From Gammaproteobacteria bacterium (GTDB lineage: Bacteria; Pseudomonadota; Gammaproteobacteria; G965277405): 64,000 nucleotides of DNA. Location of the stretch: positions 320,001 to 384,000 of the forward strand of contig OZ255726.1 in NCBI GenBank assembly GCA_965277405.1, in the 5' to 3' direction. Made by a program: the position numbers and the translations under genes. The notes under the pieces were generated by a model. The model was not told the origin of the DNA. It was given only the letters and a program-made list of their open reading frames with translations, and did not search any database. Of the stretch, positions 23,852 to 32,013 are shown piece after piece (the first letter of the stretch is position 1; each line of letters opens with the position of its first letter).

Positions 23852-26002
23852 TTAGAATGGTAGCTTGAGCAGGAAGCGGACGATGATGCGGACACGCTTC
23901 GAAAATAATTTTTTAGTATAAAATGTACCCGCAACCCGTTTATTGACTTCACTCCAAGTCGGATATGGTGAGATATACGCCGCCATTGCCCCAATTTTGA
24001 GCTTGCTGTTGATAGCTAAAATCCACGGCTGAATGATTTCTCCAGCATGCGGAGCAACAATATCGGCACCAAGAATCTGTCCATTGTTGCGCACGTATAT
24101 TTTCACCAGCCCCGATAATCGTTCGGTGCGGGCGCGGTCGTTATCGGCAAATGACCATCTCAAGACTTTAACATCTGCAAACTGTGCGTTAGTTTCAGCT
24201 TCTGTTAAACCAACATGAGCCATTTCTGGGCTGGTATACGTGACCCAAGGAATTGCATGTGTTTGTACTTTGGCGCGCAACTTGAACAAAATATTGCGAA
24301 TGACAATCCCTGCGTGATAACTGGCAACATGGGTAAATTGGTGTTGCCCGGTGACGTCACCGATTGCATAGATGTGTTTATAATTAGTGCGCAAGCGCGC
24401 ATCAACGCACACGCCTTGGTCAGTATGGGCGATACCCGCAGCAGCTAAACCAAGGTGTTGGGTATTGGCAACCCGACCTGCGGCAACTAATATATGGCTG
24501 CCGCTAAGTTGGTGCTGGCTATCAGCTGCGCTGTAGTGAATGGATACGGTGTTGGCATCACCACTAATCTTATCGATGTTGATGTTTTCAATAATATCGA
24601 TGCCGCAGCTAGTCAATGCACCACGCAGGATTTCGACACAGTCAGCATCATCACGATTGAGTATCGGTAACGCACTGATGATGGTTACTTTAGCCCCGAG
24701 GTGCGCGTATGCCTGCGCGATTTCAACCCCAATTGGTCCGCCACCCAGCACCAATAAATGTTCTGGTAAGGTTGTATTAGCAAAAATTGTTTCATTAGTA
24801 AAGTATGGTGTTGCAGCTAGCCCTTGGATTGGCGGCACGAGCGGACTTGACCCAGTTGCAATCACAAAATAGCGAGCATGGATGATGTGATGCGTTGTCG
24901 CAACTGTTCTAGCGTCTACAAAAGTGCCAGCTGCTTCGATTACCTTCACGCCAAGCTCGCGAAAACGCTCAACAGAATCGTGTGGAGCGATTGCGGCAAT
25001 CACCCCGGCAATATGTTTGCTAACTGCGGCCATGTCGACCGATGTGGTGGTCTTGACCCCAAAGTCTTCGGGGTGTGGATGGCGGTGTGCGAGTTGACTA
25101 GCGGCAAGGAGTGCCTTCGACGGAACGCAGCCATGATTCAGACAATCTCCCCCCATTTTTGCTCGTTCGAGTAGCACTATGTTTGCGCCCATTTGCGCGG
25201 CACCAGCAGCCAAACTTAGACCAGCTGCACCAGCACCGATAATACAAATATCTGCTGTAATCGGTGTCGGTGTCTCTGCCGCTGCCGCTGTCGGCGGTTT
25301 TGTTTTGCTGTATATTTTATATAGAATCGGTATAGCTGATAGTAGCGCCAGACCAACGAGGGGGAGAATGATTGCTGGCTTGGTGAAAATAGCTAGGTCT
25401 AAAGCTTGTCCAGCGGTAAATACTGCACTTGCGCCATTGCCAATCGAAACAAAGACAAAGCTCCCAGGGATGATGCCGATTGCAGTAGTAATAATAAATG
25501 TGGTTGTCGCAACACCAAGTAATGCAGGCACAATATTGACTAACCAAAATGGGAAGAGAGGGATGAGCCGCAGCATCAGCAGATAGCTCCATGCATTTTT
25601 TTTGAAACCTGCTTCCATTGTAGCGACTGTCTTTCCTGCTTGTTGCGTGAGTGATTGACCAAAGCCCAATTTCACCGCGAGAAATATAACCGATGCTCCA
25701 AGCGTTGCTCCAAGCACCACGGCAGCAGTTCCCCACCACAGGCCAAATAACAGCCCGCTAGCAATACTCAGCACCAAGGCGCCAGGAATCGACATCGCAA
25801 CCACAATGGTGTACAAGCCTATGGCAACGAAGAACATCAGAATATGGTTGGCTGCGATCAAGGCGGTGAGTTGTATGTGGTTGGCTTTAAGTGTGTCGAT
25901 GGTGAAAAATCGTTGCCAGCCAAAAACAAAAAATAGCCCCAGCCCAGCAATGAGCACTAACAGTGGGAGAAATCGAAGCAGCAGTGACCTAGTAATTATC
26001 AT
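23852..26002 (-). CDS. TVP38/DedA (SNARE-associated) domain fused to a pyridine nucleotide-disulfide oxidoreductase
   Basis: N-terminal membrane domain with LRLIPLFPFWLVN; GAGAAG, GGDCLNHGCVPSK, GGGPIG.E, AIGDV. Confidence 0.88.
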   Translation of the reverse strand: MIITRSLLLRFLPLLVLIAGLGLFFVFGWQRFFTIDTLKANHIQLTALIAANHILMFFVAIGLYTIVVAMSIPGALVLSIASGLLFGLWWGTAAVVLGATLGASVIFLAVKLGFGQSLTQQAGKTVATMEAGFKKNAWSYLLMLRLIPLFPFWLVNIVPALLGVATTTFIITTAIGIIPGSFVFVSIGNGASAVFTAGQALDLAIFTKPAIILPLVGLALLSAIPILYKIYSKTKPPTAAAAETPTPITADICIIGAGAAGLSLAAGAAQMGANIVLLERAKMGGDCLNHGCVPSKALLAASQLAHRHPHPEDFGVKTTTSVDMAAVSKHIAGVIAAIAPHDSVERFRELGVKVIEAAGTFVDARTVATTHHIIHARYFVIATGSSPLVPPIQGLAATPYFTNETIFANTTLPEHLLVLGGGPIGVEIAQAYAHLGAKVTIISALPILNRDDADCVEILRGALTSCGIDIIENINIDKISGDANTVSIHYSAADSQHQLSGSHILVAAGRVANTQHLGLAAAGIAHTDQGVCVDARLRTNYKHIYAIGDVTGQHQFTHVASYHAGIVIRNILFKLRAKVQTHAIPWVTYTSPEMAHVGLTEAETNAQFADVKVLRWSFADNDRARTERLSGLVKIYVRNNGQILGADIVAPHAGEIIQPWILAINSKLKIGAMAAYISPYPTWSEVNKRVAGTFYTKKLFSKRVRIIVRFLLKLPF

Positions 26003-26003
26003 A

Positions 26004-26468
26004 TTAAACCCCGTGTAGAATTGCAGTATAACGGAGTTGCATTAAGGCATCACAGTATACTGCTGCTTTAAAATCAACAATATGCTTGAGCGGATAGTAA
26101 TACGGCACCCAACGCCATGCACAAAATTCGAGTGATTGTGCTACGCCATTATCGAGTAAAGAATCTTCACCATGAAACACCGCAAGAAAATACACCTGGC
26201 GCTGTCCTTGAAATTTTCCATTACCAATAGGTTTAGGCAGGGTGTAGTACAACCATCCACAGGTTTGATCAACGATATTATAACTGCGTGGAGTAATGCC
26301 TATTTCTTCTACTACTTCACGGTGCAGCGCTTGCTTTGCAGTTTCTTGGGTCTCAATGCCTCCTTGAGGAAACTGCCAACCGTCCTTGCAACTGCGTTGA
26401 CCCCAAAACACTTGCCCTGCTGTGTTGAGCAGCACCAAAGCTACGTTATCTCGGTAAGTTTTGGTCAT
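26004..26468 (-). CDS. rppH: RNA pyrophosphohydrolase (Nudix)
   Basis: ATG at 26468 with GGAG RBS; YRDNV, WQFPQGGI..ETAKQALHREVVEEIG, GQRQ.YF. The longer ORF start lies inside the MITE. Confidence 0.9.
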   Translation of the reverse strand: MTKTYRDNVALVLLNTAGQVFWGQRSCKDGWQFPQGGIETQETAKQALHREVVEEIGITPRSYNIVDQTCGWLYYTLPKPIGNGKFQGQRQVYFLAVFHGEDSLLDNGVAQSLEFCAWRWVPYYYPLKHIVDFKAAVYCDALMQLRYTAILHGV

Positions 26469-26491
26469 ACTATTCTCCAGAGGTTTCCTTG

Positions 26492-26772
26492 GGAATCTCT
26501 GATTAAGTCGCTGATGGAGCGAGTTTGCCTGCAATTGCTGATGATTGCAAGGCGCAAACCGCAGGCGCATGCCGTAGCATATACGCCAAGGGATGCAACA
26601 CAGCAATTGCAGCAAACCATCATATATTCAACAGAAGGACGGGAAAAAACGCTGCGCTAACGTCGTTGCAGCACTTGGCAACACCCACAAGAGTATTATC
26701 TGCGCACTGCGTCTAGTTATCATCAGCGTTTTTTCTCCGTCTCGCCCATCATGGACTTAATCAGAGGTTTCC
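26492..26772 (+). mobile_element. MITE copy A (~280 bp)
   Basis: GGAATCTCTGATTAAGTC...GACTTAATCAGAGGTTTCC; interior near-identical to the other copies. Confidence 0.9.
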
Positions 26773-27113
26773 TTGGTTAAAAACGAACTTATTTGTGGTG
26801 TTTGATGGCGTTTGTCACTGACATCTTTCCATTGTGGCGCATCAGCAGGAGGATCTTTGCTTTGGCTTAAATTTGGCAGTGTCCGTGATAATTGCGCATT
26901 GATTTCTATAAATACTTCTTGACCTACAGGCACTTCATCATCTGCGACAATGGCATCCACTGGGCATTCTGGGACACACAGGGCGCAGTCAATGCATTCG
27001 TCTGGATTGATAACTAAAAACTCATCTGCCTCATAAAAACAGTCGACTGGACACACATTAACGCAATCAGTGTGTTTGCATTTTAAACAATTCTCGATAA
27101 CTACAAATGGCAT
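26757..27113 (-). CDS. fdxA: 7Fe ferredoxin (FdxA family)
   Basis: [30 protein letters not shown]; the stop codon comes from the MITE terminus. Confidence 0.93.
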   Translation of the reverse strand: MPFVVIENCLKCKHTDCVNVCPVDCFYEADEFLVINPDECIDCALCVPECPVDAIVADDEVPVGQEVFIEINAQLSRTLPNLSQSKDPPADAPQWKDVSDKRHQTPQISSFLTKETSD

Positions 27114-27139
27114 GGCAGACTGTATGGCGTTGAGTAAAA

Positions 27140-27211
27140 TCCCCTTGCTAGGAATCGAACCTAGAGTTTCCGCTTAGGAGGCAGACGTTTTATCCATTAA
27201 ACCACAAGGAG
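27140..27211 (-). tRNA. tRNA-Arg(CCT)
   Basis: CTCCTTG/CAAGGGG acceptor stem, TCTGC-CTCCTAA-GCGGA anticodon arm, GGTTCGATTCC T arm; CCA not encoded. Confidence 0.88.
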
Positions 27212-27223
27212 TGGATTGATTGT

Positions 27224-27859
27224 ATCAGAGCTTCCCTAACAATACTGCTGCCCTGCTAGCCTGCTTTGCCACCATCCAAATTATGTAAAAAAGCACTGTC
27301 GCTAATATCCAAGTCAGCAAATGCTTGCAGGCTGACGCCTGCATCTGCGAGCATAAGTTGTACCGCTGTATTGATATCCGCGTGTTGTGGCTTGTAGTGT
27401 AAATAAATAACATGGGTGATACCGACTTGGATGATGGCTTTGGCACAATTCGTGCAGGGGAATTGGGTAGCATACATGGCGGCGTTGTCAAGCTGTGAAT
27501 TGATACTGTTGTAAATAGCGTTTTGTTCTGCATGGACAACGTAGGTATGCTTTGAGCGCATTGGATCTGTGTCAATATCTTGCCAATACTGCGGGTTGTC
27601 ATCGTCAAGCCCACGCGGTAAGCCGTTATAGCCAATGCCAATAATTTTATTTTTTGGACCAACGATACACGCGCCATTTTTGGTTTTAGGGTCTTTTGAG
27701 CGTAACGCGGATAATTTTGCTATTGCCATAAAATAGCATTGCCAAGAAAGCGGGCTATCATTCATGTGGTAGGCTACGATGTTTGGTGATAATCAGCGGC
27801 TCCTCAAGACGTGGTTGAAAAAGAACTAAGGAAGCTCTGATTAACTCGCTGATGGAGCG
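27224..27859. repeat. 636-bp direct repeat, copy 1 (copy 2 at 35926-36561)
   Basis: Constant offset of 8702; identical by eye and identical translations. Confidence 0.95.
27256..27765 (-). CDS. dCMP deaminase family protein, copy 1
   Basis: SW..YFM.IA.LSA.RSKDP, GYNG, HAEQNAI, PCTNC zinc motifs. Confidence 0.9.
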   Translation of the reverse strand: MNDSPLSWQCYFMAIAKLSALRSKDPKTKNGACIVGPKNKIIGIGYNGLPRGLDDDNPQYWQDIDTDPMRSKHTYVVHAEQNAIYNSINSQLDNAAMYATQFPCTNCAKAIIQVGITHVIYLHYKPQHADINTAVQLMLADAGVSLQAFADLDISDSAFLHNLDGGKAG

Positions 27860-28123
27860 AGTTTGCCTGCAATTGCTGATGATTGCAAGGCGCAAACCGC
27901 TAAGCGCATGCCGTAGCATATACGCCAAGGGATGCAACACAGCAAGTACCGCTTGTAGGCAAACCATCATATATTCAATAGAAGGCCGGGAAAAAACGCT
28001 GCGCGCCGTCGTTGCAGCACTTGGCGACACCCACAAGACCACCAGTATTATCTGCGCACTGTGTCTAGTTATCATCAGCGTTTTTTCTCCGTCTCGCCCA
28101 TCATGGACTTAATCAGAGCTTCC
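27830..28123 (+). mobile_element. MITE copy B (294 bp)
   Basis: CTAA-GGAAGCTCTGATTAAC...GACTTAATCAGAGCTTCC-TTAG. Confidence 0.92.
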
Positions 28124-28298
28124 TTAGTTAGCTGATATCTGAACAACCTCCGTAGCATTTACACTAGCGCTGCTTTGGCTGTATCTGTTAGTGTTGGCTC
28201 AAAGGCTTGTTGCTGTCAGCCTGAGTGCAATATGGATTGGGCGCATAGCCAATCTGGGGCGATTTGCTGTAGTTAGCTGTTAGCAGTTCCAGCCTTAT

Positions 28299-29600
28299 TC
28301 AGCGGGGGTTGTCCGCATCGAGTGCTAGCAGCTTTTCGATATATATTTTTTTTTGTTGTTGTTTGCCTAAGGCATCGTACACGTTGATTAGGTTTTCTAA
28401 CGCTACTTTGAGCGCTGCGATAGCCGCCTCGCTAGTTTCGAGTAACTCGAAGGACTGCAAAAACAACGGCTCTGCTTCTGCATATTTACGTCTGCCGTAA
28501 TAAATAGCCGCGGCTCTGCCAGCGATATTCGCGGCTTGTTGCGGCTGTTGGGGGAATTGCTGGTGGATTTTGAGGCTGGCTAAATACAATTCGAGGGCCT
28601 TGTCTTTATCTTTTAAGCCATCTTCAACACTCGCTAAGTTCCCTAAAATTAACGCCTGCTCGATACTGTGTTCCAGGTGGAGTTGTTTTAATATTGCTAT
28701 GGCGCGGTGATACAGCGTGCGTGCTTGTGGCAACAGCCCTGCTGCGAGTTTGTCGAGCGCGACTTCGTTAAGATTCATCACATTCGTTAATGTCGGCGTA
28801 TTATTATGGTTTCTGATCCGCATCGCCTGTTCACGTAGCGGCAGCGCGGCTTGCGGGTTTTGCCCATCAAAACTGGCGGCTAGCCTTTCTAAAGTATCAG
28901 CGATACGACTATCGAATGCTGTCAATGTCGCTTGGTCACGGCGTAGCTGTTGCGCTAGCGCTTGTTGGGCTAATTCCCGGTGGTGCAATTGCAACTGTGC
29001 CTGCGCCAGCGCATAGCTAATCTGCCGCAATGACTCATTAAACGCGGTTGGCTTGGTGTTGGTATACGGCGTCAGAATCGTTGTGGCAATCGCCACGCTG
29101 CGCTGATAACGTTGCTGGGAATTGTGTATTGCCACCAAGGCGTCGGCTGTTTTCAGTGCAGCATCAGCGTATTTAACCACATCTTGTCGCTGGATTGCCC
29201 ACGCCGCCTGATACGCATGCAGGGCTTGTTCTGCTTGGCCGGCTTGTTCGAGAAAATCGCCTGTATTGAACAACATTATTGCCAAGGTCGGGTGGGAATT
29301 AGGGTATACCTTACGGGCAATGATTATAGCTTGTGCAAGCGTTGCTAATGCGCGTTGCTGATCGCCTGTAGCCAGATACACAAACGCGAGTAAATTAAGG
29401 CTACTAACTTTATATTTATCGCCATTATCGGCTTGTTCAGCACGAGTAATCGCCTGCTGCAGGTATACCGCGGCTTGTGCATAGTCACCCTGCTGGTATA
29501 AGCTGGTGGCAGTATTTTGCAAAGTCTGCCAATCACCGGCTGCGGGGATGCACGGGCTTAACAATAATAAAATAATAAAAATTGCGGTTGGACGGCTCAT
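28299..29600 (-). CDS. Secreted tetratricopeptide repeat protein
   Basis: Signal peptide; repeated SLN.LA..Y...G..AL and YAEAEPLF motifs; starts 1 nt after the Slam stop. Confidence 0.8.
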   Translation of the reverse strand: MSRPTAIFIILLLLSPCIPAAGDWQTLQNTATSLYQQGDYAQAAVYLQQAITRAEQADNGDKYKVSSLNLLAFVYLATGDQQRALATLAQAIIIARKVYPNSHPTLAIMLFNTGDFLEQAGQAEQALHAYQAAWAIQRQDVVKYADAALKTADALVAIHNSQQRYQRSVAIATTILTPYTNTKPTAFNESLRQISYALAQAQLQLHHRELAQQALAQQLRRDQATLTAFDSRIADTLERLAASFDGQNPQAALPLREQAMRIRNHNNTPTLTNVMNLNEVALDKLAAGLLPQARTLYHRAIAILKQLHLEHSIEQALILGNLASVEDGLKDKDKALELYLASLKIHQQFPQQPQQAANIAGRAAAIYYGRRKYAEAEPLFLQSFELLETSEAAIAALKVALENLINVYDALGKQQQKKIYIEKLLALDADNPR

Positions 29601-29601
29601 A

Positions 29602-31116
29602 TTAGAAGTTTCTTGTTAGTTGCAGTTTGATGTTATTGCTTTGGCTACTGTATAGCCAATCTATGTTGCTGCGCGTGCTGCGCTGGTGCAGGGTAATGGT
29701 AGGGGTAAAACTGCCGATAGGGAATTTAGCTGCGGTTATAGTCAAGGTAGCATTTTTGACTATGTCATTGCGTTTGGCACCGAGGATTTTGCTAAACTTA
29801 TGATTACTGCGTTGGCTGGCAGCGGTGAGCAACACCACCTGAATACCAGCAGCAAACTGTTTCGACGCACCGAATCTTAGCCCCAGTTTGTTATAAGATT
29901 CAGTTTTTTCTGTTGCTGTTATCTCCAACCAATCCACCCCGTTAATTAGCATCCAGTTATCCGCGAGGCTTTGCCAGGCGCTGAAATTTAGCGAAAACGC
30001 AGCACCGTTATGCCGCTGCCGTGGTTGTTCTGCATACTTGAGTTGTTTATAGTCAGCTGTTAGTTTGAACATCTGCGTGGTCGATAGCTTGCGTCTCCAC
30101 TGTGCATGCAAGCCCCAAGCGCGGTAGAACGTCGCGTTACCATACTCAAGAAATTCATACGCAGGCGCCAGGCTGATATAATCAGCATAATTCTCAAAGG
30201 CATAACCTATTTGATTAGTCATGATTGTTTGATTGTAATCAGGGTAGTCTTGATAACGTTGCGCGGATAACTGCGCACGAAAGTAGATGCCATGCTGCCC
30301 ACTAATTGACACTTGGCGGTTTAATGTCAATTGGTAGTCAATGCCATGCGCGCTAATCGCATCAGGGGTTTGTCGCTCGGAAAAGCACCGACCGCGAAAA
30401 GATGCAAAGCAAGTATAACTCTGCGATGAATGGTTGAGGTTATCGGTCCAGATTGTGCCCAGCGCGTCTGAGCTTTGCCAAGTATGCCGGCGTTGCAAGG
30501 CTTCGGTGAAATTCTCCACCGAACTAATGATGTTGGCGTGCTTGCTATTGCTAGGGTCGAGTTGGTCGGCTATTTGCGCAAATAGCTGCTTAGCTTGTTG
30601 GTTGTGATGGTCGGCAAACAGCACGCGGGCTAATTCGAGCTGGCCTGGGAAAAAGTCAGGGTTCAACTCGACTAATTTGCGGTATTGGGCTGCTGCTTGT
30701 TGCATATCACCGCGTATTCTGGCGAGCGTGCCGCGGGCATACGCCAATAATAACGCGTCGGCGTTGGCGAGGGTTTGGTATTTTGCCAAATAATACTCGA
30801 CGTCTGCCCAGTGTTGTTGTTGGATTGACACATACAACGCCCTGCCGAGGTCATTGACGTTGTCTTGGATAGGATAGGATTTACCGTCGATAATTATGGC
30901 GCGGCGTGCTGCGCTGTCGGCATTTGGTAACTGCTGCTGGCTGCTATTACGCGGTTGGTCGGTGGCTTGGTCGCTGCTAGCGTTGCTAGGCAACCTACTA
31001 GGCAACTGGCTATCAGCAGCTGCGGCGGCGGCTGGGAGCAGCAGCAACAGCATGCAATACAGTAACAAAAACCGCGCCTGCAACTGCAGGCGCGGCTTGC
31101 ATTTAATAGCTAACAA
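29602..31116 (-). CDS. Surface lipoprotein assembly modifier (Slam/DUF560, type XI secretion porin)
   Basis: Signal peptide, TPR region (LELARVLF.D..NQQA..LF), DNLN, C-terminal beta strands ending RSNIDWLYS...LTRNF. Confidence 0.82.
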   Translation of the reverse strand: MLAIKCKPRLQLQARFLLLYCMLLLLLPAAAAAADSQLPSRLPSNASSDQATDQPRNSSQQQLPNADSAARRAIIIDGKSYPIQDNVNDLGRALYVSIQQQHWADVEYYLAKYQTLANADALLLAYARGTLARIRGDMQQAAAQYRKLVELNPDFFPGQLELARVLFADHHNQQAKQLFAQIADQLDPSNSKHANIISSVENFTEALQRRHTWQSSDALGTIWTDNLNHSSQSYTCFASFRGRCFSERQTPDAISAHGIDYQLTLNRQVSISGQHGIYFRAQLSAQRYQDYPDYNQTIMTNQIGYAFENYADYISLAPAYEFLEYGNATFYRAWGLHAQWRRKLSTTQMFKLTADYKQLKYAEQPRQRHNGAAFSLNFSAWQSLADNWMLINGVDWLEITATEKTESYNKLGLRFGASKQFAAGIQVVLLTAASQRSNHKFSKILGAKRNDIVKNATLTITAAKFPIGSFTPTITLHQRSTRSNIDWLYSSQSNNIKLQLTRNF

Positions 31117-31118
31117 GA

Positions 31119-31922
31119 TTAATGGATGATAATACCAGGTAATGTTGTTGTGGATCCACCAAACGCTGTGTTGAATTCAGGGCTAGAAAAAAACGTAACC
31201 ATCCCAGCGAGGTCAACCTGACCATTGTAGAACCGCCCTGAAACTATACCATGCAGGTCCTCTCGATAAGGATTGGTTCTAAATGCTTCGGCTTGCCTTT
31301 GACTAGAAAGAAAAGTAGCATCGCTGTTGATCCACACAGTGCCCATATCGATTTTAAAGTTGCCATGTTCCATTTTTCCTATTAACACTGAATTAGTAAA
31401 ATTAGCAACAACAACACCGTGTAGCAGGTTGTTAGCCGCTGCTGAGTAGTGATTGATACCTGTCACCGTGTAAATAGCGTATCTAGCGGTTGTTGTTATC
31501 GCAGTATCGGCATCAGCGCCGACGTAGTACACGGTATGGGTTGGGTCGTTGGAGGCACCAGTTTGTGACCATTCGCCAAACCAAACGTCGTTTGCACCTG
31601 CTTTTGCAAAATGGAATACCCCCAATTTATCATGGGTGTCTGGAGCACCATCATACGGGAAATTCAGCGAATGCACCCTGTTGGGGTCGGCGGGCGCGTA
31701 CGTTGTCAACCCAGCAAAGTCGACTATTTTATCCTTTGCTAGAGTATAGCCAGCGCCAATCCCCGCCTTCCCTGGAGTATGAAACGGCGGGCGGTCTACA
31801 TTTGATGGGGCGACAATCACTTTGCCACGATTCTATGATTGACCTAGTATTTCGGCTTGAACTGGCGCGGCGAGCGCACCAGCCACAAGCGCGATACTGG
31901 TGATTATTTGTAGTTTTTTCAT
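31119..31922 (-). pseudogene. Hemophilin-like (HphA-type) Slam-dependent secreted heme-binding protein, interrupted by TAG at codon 30
   Basis: ATG at 31922 with GGAG RBS and signal peptide MKKLQII...VQA. In-frame TAG at 31833-31835, then PFH.PGKAGIG, VDF.GL, H.KLGVFHF, VWFGEWS, G.FY, AFGG. Confidence 0.78.
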
Positions 31923-32013
31923 ATACTTCTCCTAAGGGTTAGGTTAATTATTTCCAAAACGAAAATAACATGGTGTTAACGAAGCGGTTGCTTCGCCAGG
32001 TTTAACCACGCGC

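Noticed and set aside
23852-26002. Mercuric reductase, or a novel fusion
   Set aside because: Lacks the MerA C-terminal Cys pair and mer genes; TVP38-flavoprotein fusions are already known.
26469-26615. N-terminal extension of RppH in the ORF track
   Set aside because: It is MITE sequence; the ATG at 26468 has an RBS and matches the family start.
27256-27765. dCMP deaminase as an anti-phage dCTP deaminase
   Set aside because: Short single-domain protein without the kinase-like domain of defence deaminases and with no defence genes nearby.
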